Origin: Mycobacterium sp.
GTDB lineage: Bacteria > Actinomycetota > Actinomycetes > Mycobacteriales > Mycobacteriaceae
Assembly: GCA_039922455.1 (NCBI GenBank)
Contig: JBDTEP010000122.1
Coordinates: 1 to 46,189, forward strand
Reading direction: 5' to 3'
DNA length: 46,189 bases
This document shows, in pieces, positions 1 to 9,408 of the stretch. Position numbers and translations under genes: made by a program. Positions within the stretch are counted from its first letter, which is position 1; each line of letters opens with the position of its first letter. The notes under the pieces are model-generated. The model did not search any database and had not been told where the DNA came from. It worked only from the letters and a program-made list of their open reading frames with translations.

Positions 1-19
1 CGCATGCGACGATCGGCGC

Positions 20-1102
20 GTGGTGGAGCCGGGTAAGGAGCTGCAGCCGATAGCGCAGATCGCACAGTGGCGGCAGGTGCTGGGTTGCCTGACGTCCGGC
101 GCGGAATTGAGCGGGGGCCAGGCGGCCTGGGCGATGGAGCAGATCATGGCCGGCAGCGCCACGTCGGCCCAGATCGCGGCGTTCGGGGTGGCAATGCAGA
201 TGAAGGGCCCGACCGCGACTGAGGTCGGGGCGCTGGCCGACGTCATGTTGGCGCACGGCCGCAAGGTTCCCACCGAGCAGATCGGCACCGACACCGTGGA
301 CGTGGTGGGTACCGGCGGTGACGGCGCCAACACTGTGAACCTCTCCACGATGGCGGCGATCGTGGTGGCCGCGGCCGGTGTACCGGTGGTCAAACACGGC
401 AACCGGTCGGCGGGCTCGCTGTCCGGCGGCGCCGACACCCTGGAGGCACTGGGGGTTCGTATCGATCTGGGGCCGGACGCCGTCGCGCGAAGTGTCGCCG
501 AGGTCGGGATCGGATTCTGCTTTGCACCGCAGTTCCAGCCGTCCTACCGCAACGCGTCCGCGACGCGACGCGAGATCGGCGTGCCCACCGTGTTCAACCT
601 GCTGGGGCCGCTGACCAACCCGGCCAGGCCGCGGGCCGGGCTGATCGGCTGCGCGTTCGGTGATCTAGCCGAGGTGATGGCCGGCGTGTTCGCCGCGCGC
701 GGGTCCAGCGTGCTGGTGGTGCACGGCGACGACGGCCTCGACGAACTGACCACGACCACAACCAGCACCATCTGGCGGGTGCAGGCGGGCACCATCGACC
801 GGCTGACCTTCGATCCGGCCGGGTTCGGGTTCGCCCGTGCCGAGGTGGGCCAGTTGCTCGGCGGTGATGCGCGGGCGAACGCCGAGGGGGTCCGGTCGGT
901 GCTGGCAGGAACCCCGGGACCGGTGCGCGACGCCGTGGTGCTCAACGCCGCGGGGGCGATCGTCGCGCATACCGGATTATCCAGCGACGCTAAGTGGGTG
1001 CCGGCCTGGGAGAACGGGCTGCAGCGCGCTGTCACGGCGATCGACAGCGGCGCGGCCGAACAATTGCTCGCCCGATGGGTCCGCTTCGGCGCCCAACTCT
1101 GA
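20..1102 (+). CDS. trpD: Anthranilate phosphoribosyltransferase
   Basis: Motifs [37 protein letters not shown]; start could be GTG 20 or GTG 23. Confidence 0.95.
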   Translation: MVEPGKELQPIAQIAQWRQVLGCLTSGAELSGGQAAWAMEQIMAGSATSAQIAAFGVAMQMKGPTATEVGALADVMLAHGRKVPTEQIGTDTVDVVGTGGDGANTVNLSTMAAIVVAAAGVPVVKHGNRSAGSLSGGADTLEALGVRIDLGPDAVARSVAEVGIGFCFAPQFQPSYRNASATRREIGVPTVFNLLGPLTNPARPRAGLIGCAFGDLAEVMAGVFAARGSSVLVVHGDDGLDELTTTTTSTIWRVQAGTIDRLTFDPAGFGFARAEVGQLLGGDARANAEGVRSVLAGTPGPVRDAVVLNAAGAIVAHTGLSSDAKWVPAWENGLQRAVTAIDSGAAEQLLARWVRFGAQL

Positions 1103-2959
1103 GGCCAGCCGCGCCGAACGGGCCACCGCGGCCCACGGTGTCCACGGTCCGGCCGAGCCGAGCGGCGATGCCCATCCGACGGGTTCATGCGGCGGTCCCA
1201 GCTTCGCCTCTCCTCCGTCGAGCCTCGCTGAGCCGTCGGCCTCGGCCGCACCCTCAATGGGTATGACGCGCACGATGCGCACGCCGGGAGAGGCCAGCCA
1301 GCGGGCGATGAGCCCGGTCTCCTCGACCAGAGCGCCGGCCTGGGGGCACGCCCCCGCAAGCGGGAGGTACCCCCACCCGCTGGGGGGGGATGGCGCCGGC
1401 TCCGGCACCACCGTTTCGGCACCCATGGTGATGGCGTCGACGACGGGCATCGGCGGCACGCCGGGTGCGGCGCAGCCGGCCGCCGCCAACCGTCCGTAGC
1501 GGATTACGGTGAGCTGCCACCCGCCTGCGCCGTCCGGCGCGGCAGCCACCAACTCGGGCAGTGCGGCCAACGCGCGTGTGCGCTGGCTGCGCCACAGGGC
1601 CTCGATCGCGGCGGCGGTGCGGTCGCGCAGTCGCGCGGCGCTCTCGTACTGCCCGCGATCGGCCAACGCAGCCACCTGCTGCACCGCCGCGCCCAGTGCG
1701 GTGTTGTCGCTGCCGTCGATCAACGCGGCCGTGCGCGCGACGGTTTCGGCGTACTGCTCGGCGGTGAAGTCGGGTGCAGCGGGGCAGGGGCTCACTTCCC
1801 GCGGGGGGCAGGTGTGCCGGCCAGTGCGACTCAATCGCGTGGTACACGTTCGAATCCCGGTGAACCGCGCCAATAGGGCGGCGGTCGCGGCGGCGTCGGC
1901 ACGGGAGCGGAAGGGGCCGATCACCCGGTCGTGTTGTGGTGCACGTACTACCGACAGGCGGGGGAAAGCCTCATTCGACAGGGTGATCCACCACCACCGC
2001 CGGGGGAACTTCGACCGGCGGTTGTACGGCGGAGCGTGCGCGGCGAGCAACCGCAGTTCACGCGACCCCGCCTCTAACGGATGCGCGCATTCGACGTGGT
2101 CGATGCGGGTGGCCAGGGCCACCATCTCTGCGATGCGGCGGCGCCGATCGGATCCGTTGAAGTACTGACCGGCGCGGCGGCGAAGGTCGGTGGTGGTGCC
2201 GATGTAGAGCACTTCGTCGGATGGGCCGCGGAACAGATAGACCCCCGGCCGGTGCGGTAGCCCGTCGGCGAGGCCGCGTTTGCGGAGTTGGGCCGGTGTC
2301 GCATGCGACAGGTAGGAGCGCAGGTCGGCGTAGGTGTGTACCCGCTGGTTGCCGACTCGGTCGATCAAGGCGTGTAGGACGTCGACGGTGGCGCGGGCAT
2401 CGTCGAGGGCCCGGTGGGTGGGTTGGGTGCTGATCGCGAACAGCCGGGCCAGCTCGGCCAGCCGCACACTGGGCGCCTCGTCGCGGCTGAGCACCCGTCG
2501 CGCCAGCCGAACCGTGCACAGCACCGGTGGCCGGGGCCAGTCCACACCCCAGCGTTGCGCGGCCGCGGTCAGGAACCCGACGTCGAACCCGGCGTTGTGG
2601 GCGACCAGCACCGAACCGCGATCGAATCCGGCGAACTCAAGGAATGTCGGCAGCACGGCCTCAATGGTGGGCGCCTCGTGCACCATCGCGGTGGTGATCC
2701 CGGTCAGCCGGACGATCTGTGGCGGGATGCCGCGCTGCGGGTTGATCAAGGTGGCGAACTCGCCCTCAACGACACCGCCTCGCACCTTGACCGCGCCGAT
2801 CTCGGTGATGGCGTCCGCCCCGACATCGGCGGTGGGAGCGGCGCGGGCACCGGTGGTCTCCAGGTCCACCACCACGAAGGTGGTGTCCCGCAAAGCCATC
2901 TCGGCCGGTGTGGCTAGCAGCTGGGCGAAGGTCAGCTGCGCTGGATCAGCGGGGGTCAT
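977..2959 (-). CDS. DEDD exonuclease / GIY-YIG (UvrC-like) fusion protein, Rv2191 homologue
   Basis: [22 protein letters not shown] (DEDDh); PGVYLF..VLYIG (GIY-YIG); YESAARLRD (UVR-like). Start placed at ATG 2959, 6 nt after a -10 box; 3' end overlaps trpD convergently. Confidence 0.9.
   Translation of the reverse strand: MTPADPAQLTFAQLLATPAEMALRDTTFVVVDLETTGARAAPTADVGADAITEIGAVKVRGGVVEGEFATLINPQRGIPPQIVRLTGITTAMVHEAPTIEAVLPTFLEFAGFDRGSVLVAHNAGFDVGFLTAAAQRWGVDWPRPPVLCTVRLARRVLSRDEAPSVRLAELARLFAISTQPTHRALDDARATVDVLHALIDRVGNQRVHTYADLRSYLSHATPAQLRKRGLADGLPHRPGVYLFRGPSDEVLYIGTTTDLRRRAGQYFNGSDRRRRIAEMVALATRIDHVECAHPLEAGSRELRLLAAHAPPYNRRSKFPRRWWWITLSNEAFPRLSVVRAPQHDRVIGPFRSRADAAATAALLARFTGIRTCTTRLSRTGRHTCPPREVSPCPAAPDFTAEQYAETVARTAALIDGSDNTALGAAVQQVAALADRGQYESAARLRDRTAAAIEALWRSQRTRALAALPELVAAAPDGAGGWQLTVIRYGRLAAAGCAAPGVPPMPVVDAITMGAETVVPEPAPSPPSGWGYLPLAGACPQAGALVEETGLIARWLASPGVRIVRVIPIEGAAEADGSARLDGGEAKLGPPHEPVGWASPLGSAGPWTPWAAVARSARLASELGAEADPSGEQLFGRAAVDRRDSALQPVLPGRHPLSVAG
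1185..1228 (-). repeat. MIRU-like interspersed repeat inside the Rv2191-like CDS
   Basis: Minus strand GCGAGGCTCGACGGAGGAGAGGCGAAGCTGGGACCGCCGCATGA has an SD-like GGAGGAG and a terminal ATGA; lies in a segment absent from Rv2191 as I recall it. Confidence 0.5.
1340..1390. repeat. Palindromic MIRU-derived 51-bp in-frame insertion
   Basis: Hairpin TGGGGGCAC..CCCGC-AA-GCGGG..GTACCCCCA (1341-1375); minus strand GGTGGGGGTACCTCCCGCTTGCGGGGG resembles the GGTGGGGGCACCACCCGCTTGCGGGGG module of the M. tuberculosis 77-bp MIRU. Confidence 0.65.
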
Positions 2960-2965
2960 GCCCGA

Positions 2966-2987
2966 ACCGTAAGCGGCCGCACCGACA
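2966..2987 (-). promoter_or_regulatory. PafBC-dependent (RecA-NDp) DNA-damage promoter, leaderless, for the Rv2191-like gene
   Basis: Minus strand TGTCGG-tgcggccgct(N10)-TACGGT-6 nt-ATG, exact TGTCGG-N10-TANNNT match. Confidence 0.85.
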
Positions 2988-2990
2988 CGT

Positions 2991-3012
2991 TGTCGGTGAC
3001 CGGGGTTAGCGT
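2991..3012 (+). promoter_or_regulatory. PafBC-dependent (RecA-NDp) promoter for the small Cys-rich gene
   Basis: TGTCGG-tgaccggggt(N10)-TAGCGT, exact consensus match. Confidence 0.8.
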
Positions 3013-3040
3013 GCCGGCAACCGATCGAGAGGGAATCGCC

Positions 3041-3298
3041 ATGGAACAAATCTCGGGTCACGACCACGCGCACCGGGCCGATCCGGAGCCGGTGGTGATC
3101 GACTGTGACGACTGCGCGGTGCGCGGGCCCGCCTGCCGGGACTGTGTGGTCAGTGTCCTGCTCGGTGTGCCGAACGAGCTACTCGAAGACGAGCGGGCGG
3201 CTCTGGACGTGCTGGCCGAGGCCGGGATGGCCCCCCGATTGCGTCTGGTGCCGATCCGCGGCGACCTCCGACCGGCGCGAAGATCCGGTGTGGCCTGA
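3041..3298 (+). CDS. Small conserved Cys-rich (CxxC-x6-CxxC) putative metal-binding protein
   Basis: [23 protein letters not shown]; SD-like GAGAGGGA before ATG 3041. Confidence 0.8.
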   Translation: MEQISGHDHAHRADPEPVVIDCDDCAVRGPACRDCVVSVLLGVPNELLEDERAALDVLAEAGMAPRLRLVPIRGDLRPARRSGVA

Positions 3299-3377
3299 AC
3301 AAGGCACTCGTTTTTAGGGTTTCGCGTGCCCTGCTGTTAAAGTGGCAGCTCGCGATGGACAACGCCGTTGCCATTTC

Positions 3378-3393
3378 GTAACCTGTTCGAGAC
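3378..3393 (+). promoter_or_regulatory. Possible MtrA/OmpR-type direct-repeat box upstream of ripC
   Basis: GTAAC-N6-GAGAC 11-bp-spaced imperfect repeat before a peptidoglycan hydrolase. Confidence 0.35.
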
Positions 3394-3455
3394 CTTACGT
3401 ACTTTCGGCGGCGGCACGGCCACGTACCTCCCTTGGCAGTGTTAAGGATGCAACC

Positions 3456-4589
3456 TTGAAGTTCGACCGTATGCAGTGGAATATGCCTGCTTTTCGGCGC
3501 ACTGCCCTCGGCGTTGCGGCCGGTCTGTTAGTTGGCGCCACCGCTCTGACCGGCACATTTGTCGGTAACGTATACGCCGACCCCGCTGACGATGCGTTGG
3601 CGAAGCTCAGTGAGCTGTCCCGGCAGGCCGAGCAGACCACCGAGGCAATGCACACCGCGCAGCTCAATCTCAATGAGAAGCTCGCCGCGCAGCAGGCCGC
3701 CGACAAGGCGCACGCCGACGACCAGGCCGCACTCGGCGCTGCCGTAGACCAGCTGTCCACCTACCGTTCGTCGGTCAACCGTTTCGCCGCCACCACCTAC
3801 ATGGGTGGTCGGGTCGGGGGCATGGACGCCATCCTGACCGCCGAGTCGCCGCAGCAGCTGATCGACAAGCTTGCCGTGCAGCGAGTGGTGGCCAGTGACC
3901 TGGCGGTGCAGCTGGACCGTTTCCGGGCCGCCAGCGACCAGGCCGACCAGGCCGAGCAGGCCTCCGCGAAGTCGGCGGAAGAGGCCCGGACAATGGCCGA
4001 GCAGGCCGCCGCGGTGCGCGCCGAGCTGCAGGCCCGGCAGAGCCGCCTGCAGCTGCAGATCTCCGTGGTCAAATCGCAGTACTACGCGCTCACGCCTGCG
4101 CAGCGCACGGCGATGGCCGTACCCGGGCCGGTTCCCGACGGCGGTCCGGGGGAACCTGGTCTTGAGGGGCCGCCGCCGGTTCCAGGAACGGACGCACCGC
4201 CCCCGTTCGAGGTGACGCTGGGTGCGCCCGGCGGTGAAGGTGGTTCGGCAGCGACCGCCGTCCAGGCGGCACTGACCCAGGTCGGCTCGCCGTACGTCTG
4301 GGGTGGGGCCGCACCGGGCGGGTTCGACTGTTCCGGGCTGGTGATGTGGGCGTTCCACCAGGCCGGGATCTCGCTGCCGCACTCCAGCCAGGCGCAGGCC
4401 AACGGCGGCCAGGGTGTTCCGCTCTCGGACCTGCAGCCCGGCGACGTGCTGACCTTCTACTCGGATGCCTCGCACTCCGGGATCTACGTCGGCGACGGCA
4501 TGATGATCCACTCGTCCACCTACGGTCAGCCGGTCCGGGTAGTTCCGATGAATTCCTCCGGTCCGATCCACAACGCCCGCCGTTACTGA
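3456..4589 (+). CDS. ripC: NlpC/P60 peptidoglycan endopeptidase RipC (Rv2190c homologue)
   Basis: Signal peptide, coiled coil, Pro-rich linker, PYVWGG..FDCSGL..HSGIY; TTG start with AAGGA SD. Confidence 0.9.
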   Translation: MKFDRMQWNMPAFRRTALGVAAGLLVGATALTGTFVGNVYADPADDALAKLSELSRQAEQTTEAMHTAQLNLNEKLAAQQAADKAHADDQAALGAAVDQLSTYRSSVNRFAATTYMGGRVGGMDAILTAESPQQLIDKLAVQRVVASDLAVQLDRFRAASDQADQAEQASAKSAEEARTMAEQAAAVRAELQARQSRLQLQISVVKSQYYALTPAQRTAMAVPGPVPDGGPGEPGLEGPPPVPGTDAPPPFEVTLGAPGGEGGSAATAVQAALTQVGSPYVWGGAAPGGFDCSGLVMWAFHQAGISLPHSSQAQANGGQGVPLSDLQPGDVLTFYSDASHSGIYVGDGMMIHSSTYGQPVRVVPMNSSGPIHNARRY

Positions 4590-4608
4590 GCGCCGCGGAA
4601 TCCGCCGC

Positions 4609-5412
4609 GTGCTGGCCGCGCTGCTGGCAGCCGACCTGATCGCCGCCGCCGCGCTGCTGGCCCTACCGGCCCGTCCGCCGGCGGACCCGCCGCTGATCGT
4701 GGGCGATCAACGCACCGTCGTCCTGGAAAATCGCGGTGGCGCACCAGGGGATGCGCTACTGGCCAACATCGCGGCTAACATCGGGGCTGCCGTCGAGGCG
4801 GTCGAAGCGTTCTGGGGCACCGATTGGTCGCATCGCATCGAGGTGATGGCCACCGGTTCGGCCCGGCAGTTCGCCGCCCTGGCCGGCGGTGACACCGTCG
4901 GGGGCAACGTCGCGCAGTGGGCCGATGTCGCCGCGGTGGCAGTGGCCGACCGGGTGGAGCCGGACCGCCGGCTGGCGGCCGGCCAGCGGGTGGTATTCGC
5001 ACCGGGCGCGACCGCGATGAGTACGTCTGCGCTACGAATCGTGTTGACCCACGAGCTTTTCCACTACGCGGCCCGTGCCGATACCGCTATCGACGCACCG
5101 CACTGGCTCACCGAGGGAGTCGCCGACTTCGTGGCCCGGCCCGGCCCGGGTCCGGTCCTCACGGCGGCGGATCGGGCGGCATTGCCGTCGGACGCCGACC
5201 TGGATGCGCCCGGCCCGCGGCGGGCGCAAGCCTACGACCGGGCGTGGGAGTTCGCCCGCTTCGTCGCCGCGCGCTTCGGGACGGCCAAGCTGCGGGAGCT
5301 GTACCTGTCCGCCTGCGGTCCCGGGTTCCTCGAGTCGGCCGTCGCCGTGCCCCTGGTGCTCGGTGTGGAGTTACCCGACCTGCTCGTCGGGTGGCAAGGT
5401 TGGCGGGGTTGA
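4609..5412 (+). CDS. Putative zinc metallopeptidase-like protein (Rv2189c homologue)
   Basis: THELFH (HExxH) and WLTEGVAD; hydrophobic N-terminus; start uncertain. Confidence 0.75.
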   Translation: MLAALLAADLIAAAALLALPARPPADPPLIVGDQRTVVLENRGGAPGDALLANIAANIGAAVEAVEAFWGTDWSHRIEVMATGSARQFAALAGGDTVGGNVAQWADVAAVAVADRVEPDRRLAAGQRVVFAPGATAMSTSALRIVLTHELFHYAARADTAIDAPHWLTEGVADFVARPGPGPVLTAADRAALPSDADLDAPGPRRAQAYDRAWEFARFVAARFGTAKLRELYLSACGPGFLESAVAVPLVLGVELPDLLVGWQGWRG

Positions 5413-5450
5413 TTGCGGGCAGCGGGCGGCCCGCATCTAGCATCCCTCGG

Positions 5451-6593
5451 GTGAGCCGGGTCCTATTGGTTACCAATGATTTTCCGCCGCGCCCCGGTGG
5501 CATCCAGTGCTACCTGGAAGAGTTGGTGTGTCGCATCGCCGGGGACGGCCGCCATCACGTGACGGTGTACGCACCGCGGTGGAGGGGTGCCGAGGACTTT
5601 GACGACGCGGCAAAATCCGCCGGTTATCAGGTGGTGCGCCACCCGGGCACGCTGATGCTGCCGGGCCGGTCCGTGGACACCCGGATGCGCCGGCTCATCG
5701 CCGACCAGGCCATCGACACCGTCTGGTTCGGCGCGGCCGCCCCGCTGGCGTTGTTGGCGCAGCGGGCGCGCACCGCCGGCGCCACCCGGGTAGTGGCCAG
5801 CACACACGGCCACGAGGTGGGTTGGTCGATGCTGCCGGCCGCCCGCTCGGTGCTGCGCCGGATCGGCGAGTCCTGCGACACGGTCACCTTCGTCAGCGAC
5901 TACACCCGCGGCCGGTTCGCTTCGGCATTCGGGCCCGAGGCCGCGTTGGAGCACCTGCCGCCCGGCGTGGACACCGACCGGTTCCGTCCCGACCCGGCGG
6001 CCCGGGCCGAGTTGCGGGCCCGTTACGGGCTGGGCGGGCGGCCCACAGTGGTGTGCGTGTCGCGGTTGGTGCCGCGCAAGGGCCAGGACATGCTGATCAG
6101 GGCGTTACCGGCGATTCGGCAACGCGTCGACGGGGCCGCGCTGGTGATTGTGGGCGGCGGCCCCTACGCCGAGCGGCTGAAGAAGCTGGCCACCGACTGC
6201 GGGGTGGCCGATGCGGTGACGTTCACCGGCGGCGTACCGGCCGCCGAGCTGCCGGCCTACTACCTGCTGGGCGATGTCTTCGCGATGCCATGCCGCACCC
6301 GTGGTGCCGGGCTGGACGTCGAGGGGCTGGGCATCGTGTTTCTGGAGGCATCGGCGGCGGGCGTGCCGGTGGTCGCCGGCCGCTCGGGCGGCGCACCGGA
6401 GACCGTCCTGGACAACCGGACCGGACGGGTGGTCGACGGCCGGTCCGTCGAGGCGGTCGCTGACGCCGTCAGCGCGCTACTGGCCGATCCGGACCGCGCG
6501 GCCGCGATGGGTGCCGCCGGACGGGACTGGGTGATGGGTCACTGGCGCTGGGACACCCTGGCCGGGCGGATGGCCGACCTGCTGCAGGGGTGA
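5451..6593 (+). CDS. pimB: GT4 phosphatidylinositol mannoside mannosyltransferase PimB' (Rv2188c homologue)
   Basis: LVTNDFPP..GGIQ, RLVPRKGQD, EGLGIVFLEA; TAGCAT -10 box 7 nt before GTG (leaderless). Confidence 0.9.
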   Translation: MSRVLLVTNDFPPRPGGIQCYLEELVCRIAGDGRHHVTVYAPRWRGAEDFDDAAKSAGYQVVRHPGTLMLPGRSVDTRMRRLIADQAIDTVWFGAAAPLALLAQRARTAGATRVVASTHGHEVGWSMLPAARSVLRRIGESCDTVTFVSDYTRGRFASAFGPEAALEHLPPGVDTDRFRPDPAARAELRARYGLGGRPTVVCVSRLVPRKGQDMLIRALPAIRQRVDGAALVIVGGGPYAERLKKLATDCGVADAVTFTGGVPAAELPAYYLLGDVFAMPCRTRGAGLDVEGLGIVFLEASAAGVPVVAGRSGGAPETVLDNRTGRVVDGRSVEAVADAVSALLADPDRAAAMGAAGRDWVMGHWRWDTLAGRMADLLQG

Positions 6594-6600
6594 GGGAGGC

Positions 6601-8403
6601 TCAGCCCTTGCGGTAGATGGTCTCGATCGCGTCGGCGAACTTCTCGGTGACGACGTTGCGCTTGACCTTCATGGTGGGGGTCAGCTCCCCGGTGGCCTCG
6701 CTGAAGTCGACCGGCAGAATCTGGAACTTGCGGATCGACTCGGCGTGCGACACCGCCAGGTTGGCCTGCTTGACCGCAGCGTCCACCTCGGCGATCAGGT
6801 CCGGGTCGTCGGCCAGGTCGCCCACCGAGGCGTCCGTGGCCTTGCCGTTGCGCTGCTTCCAGCCCCCGATGGCTTCGGGGTCGATGGTGATGAGCGCCCC
6901 GATGAACGGCCTGGCGTCGCCGACCACCATCGCCTGGCTGATCAGCGGGTGGGCGCGCAACTGGTCCTCGAGGACGGCGGGGGCGACGTTTTTGCCGCCG
7001 GCGGTGACGATGATCTCTTTCTTGCGGCCGGTGATCTTGAGGTAGCCATCGGCGTCGATGGCGGCGAGGTCGCCGGTCTTGAACCAGCCATCGGCGAACG
7101 CGTCGGCGGTGGCCTGCTCGTTGCGCCAGTAGCCGTCGAACACCACCCCGCCGCGAACCAGCAGCTCGCCGTCGTCGGCAATGCGCATGCTGTTGCCCGG
7201 CACCAGCTTTCCCACCGTCCCGACCTTTATGCCGCCGACCGGGTTGACGGTGATGGCGGCGGTGGTCTCGGTCAGTCCGTAGCCCTCGTAGATGGACAGG
7301 CCTACGCCGCGGTAGAAGTGACCCAATCGGTCGCCCAGCGGCGCCCCGCCGGACACCGAGGCGCGGCAGTCGCCGCCCAGCGCCGCGCGCAGCTTGTGGT
7401 AAACCAGCTTGTCGAACAGGGCGTGCTTGGCGCGCAGCAACAGCCCGGGGCCGCCGCGTTCGGAGGCTTCGCTCCAGTCCACCGCGGTCTGGGCCGCCAT
7501 CTCGAAAATCTTGCTTTTGCCGTCGTTGGCGGCGTTCTGGGCGGCAGTGTTGTACACCTTCTCGAAAACCCGCGGCACCGACACCACCACGGTCGGTTTG
7601 AATACCGAGAACATCGGCACCAGATTCTTGATGTCGCTGGTGAACCCGACGGTGACCCCGTTGGCGAAGGCTGCGATAGACAGGGCTCGGGCCAGCACGT
7701 GGGCCAGCGGCAAGAAGACCAGCAGGCGCTGGCCGGGGACCAGCAGGGGCGGCAGTGCGGCCTTGGTGCCGCGCACCTCGTAGATCAGGTTGGAATGGGT
7801 GAGCTGGCAGCCCTTGGGGCGTCCGGTGGTGCCCGAGGTGTAGATCAGGGTCGCGGGGTCGGTGACCCGCAGCGCGTCGAGGCGTGCGGTGAGCTGCGCC
7901 GGGTCTGTCCCGGCGCCGGCTTCGGCGAGCTCATTGAGGGCCTCGGCGCCCGACCCGTCGATGGTCAATACCCGCCGCAGCCCGGGCAGGTCACCGGCGA
8001 GCTCGTTGATCATCTGCGCATGGGTGTCGGTCTCGGCGAACGCCAGCACTGCGCCGGAGTCCTGCAGCACCCAGCGCACCTGCTCCGCCGACGACGTCTC
8101 GTAGACCGGCACGGTTACCGCGCCGACGGACAGGATCGCGAAGTCCAGGATGGCCCACTCGTAGCGCGTCGCCGAGAAGATGACCACCCGGTCGCCGGCC
8201 GCGATGCCCTGGGCGATCAGGCCCAGTGCGGCCGACCGGATTTGCGCGGCGGCGGTGGCGCAGGTGACATCGGTCCACACGCCGTCGACCAAGGTCTGGT
8301 AGATGACCAGGTCGGGATTGTCGCGCTCATGCTCGAATACGACTGCGGCGACGTTGTCGTGCTCCTCGACGGCGAACGGCGCGGGAACACTGAACTCACG
8401 CAT
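6601..8403 (-). CDS. fadD15: Long-chain fatty acyl-CoA synthetase
   Basis: [27 protein letters not shown]; GAGAGG SD; synteny with Rv2187. Confidence 0.9.
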   Translation of the reverse strand: MREFSVPAPFAVEEHDNVAAVVFEHERDNPDLVIYQTLVDGVWTDVTCATAAAQIRSAALGLIAQGIAAGDRVVIFSATRYEWAILDFAILSVGAVTVPVYETSSAEQVRWVLQDSGAVLAFAETDTHAQMINELAGDLPGLRRVLTIDGSGAEALNELAEAGAGTDPAQLTARLDALRVTDPATLIYTSGTTGRPKGCQLTHSNLIYEVRGTKAALPPLLVPGQRLLVFLPLAHVLARALSIAAFANGVTVGFTSDIKNLVPMFSVFKPTVVVSVPRVFEKVYNTAAQNAANDGKSKIFEMAAQTAVDWSEASERGGPGLLLRAKHALFDKLVYHKLRAALGGDCRASVSGGAPLGDRLGHFYRGVGLSIYEGYGLTETTAAITVNPVGGIKVGTVGKLVPGNSMRIADDGELLVRGGVVFDGYWRNEQATADAFADGWFKTGDLAAIDADGYLKITGRKKEIIVTAGGKNVAPAVLEDQLRAHPLISQAMVVGDARPFIGALITIDPEAIGGWKQRNGKATDASVGDLADDPDLIAEVDAAVKQANLAVSHAESIRKFQILPVDFSEATGELTPTMKVKRNVVTEKFADAIETIYRKG

Positions 8404-8555
8404 TGTGGTGACCTCTCTTGGCTGCCTACTGTCTGTCGGCCCAGCCTAGTCGGCGCTCGGACACGGATGTGACGGTGTTCACTGCCGAGCCGTGGCGGCG
8501 GCAGCTGTGCGCCCGCAACGTTCCACCCGGAGCCGTCATATGTGAAGCTGGGGCG

Positions 8556-8966
8556 ATGAACAGTATCCAGGTTGCGGACGAGACGTTTCTCGCCGCGCCC
8601 GACACGCTGGTCGGTGCCGTCATCGCCGACCGGTCCAGTTGGCGGCGGTGGTGGCCGGACCTACAGCTCCAGGTGATCGAGGACCGCGCCGAGAAGGGCG
8701 TCCGATGGACGGTGAGCGGACCGCTGACCGGCACTATGGAGATCTGGCTCGAGCCGATGCTGGACGGGGTACTGCTGCACTACTTCCTGCACGCCGAACC
8801 CGCCGGGATCACCGGCCGTCAGCTGGCCCGGTTGAACCTGGCGAAATTGATCCACCGCCGCCGGGTGGCGGGCAAGCGGATGGCCTTCGAGGTCAAGGCC
8901 CGCGTCGAACAGTCCCGGCCGGTGGGCGTCGCCCCGCTGGCCGGTGCGAACGAGTTAGGAAAGTAA
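8556..8966 (+). CDS. SRPBCC/polyketide cyclase-like protein (Rv2186c homologue)
   Basis: MNSIQVADETF..WRRWWPDL..GTMEIWLEP; synteny. Confidence 0.8.
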   Translation: MNSIQVADETFLAAPDTLVGAVIADRSSWRRWWPDLQLQVIEDRAEKGVRWTVSGPLTGTMEIWLEPMLDGVLLHYFLHAEPAGITGRQLARLNLAKLIHRRRVAGKRMAFEVKARVEQSRPVGVAPLAGANELGK

Positions 8967-8970
8967 CCAC

Positions 8971-9408
8971 GTGGCGGACAAGACAACTCAGACGATCTTC
9001 ATCGCGGCCGATCCGGACACGGTGATGAAGGTCATCGCCGACATTGGGTCCTACCCGGAATGGGTTTCGGAGTACACCGAAGCCGAGGTACTGGAGACCG
9101 ACGCGGAAGGCTACCCGAAGCAGGCCCGGCTGGTGCTGGATGCCGCCGTCATCAAGGACACCATGGTGTTCTCCTATGTCTGGCCGGCCGACCGCCGCTC
9201 AGTGCACTGGTCGCTGGTGTCGGGTTCGCTGCTGAAGACTCTGCACGGTGAATACCGGCTGACACCCAAGGGATCCGGCACCGAGGTCACCTATGAGCTG
9301 TCGGTCGACCTGATGATGCCGATGATCGGCCTGCTCAAACGCAAGGCGGAACGCAGGATCACCGACACCGCGTTGAAGGACCTGAAGAAGCGAGTCGAGG
9401 CTGAGTGA
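8971..9408 (+). CDS. SRPBCC/START lipid-binding protein (Rv2185c/TB16.3 homologue)
   Basis: MADKTTQTIFI..YPEW..TALKDLKKRVE. Confidence 0.85.
   Translation: MADKTTQTIFIAADPDTVMKVIADIGSYPEWVSEYTEAEVLETDAEGYPKQARLVLDAAVIKDTMVFSYVWPADRRSVHWSLVSGSLLKTLHGEYRLTPKGSGTEVTYELSVDLMMPMIGLLKRKAERRITDTALKDLKKRVEAE

Noticed and set aside
4917-5450. Extended N-terminus of pimB' (558 aa in the ORF track)
   Set aside because: Overlaps the upstream gene in another frame; a -10 box supports GTG 5451.
8434-8452. TGTCGG near the fadD15 promoter as a further PafBC site
   Set aside because: Spacing to TA is 7, not 10, and the final T is missing; the TAGGCT on the minus strand is better read as an ordinary -10 box.
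6745-8472. 575-aa plus-strand ORF, and similar long antisense ORFs (14764-16206, 17678-19237, 18424-19812, 20533-21756, 27062-28225, 42468-44039)
   Set aside because: Shadow frames of real genes in high-GC DNA; no recognisable motifs.
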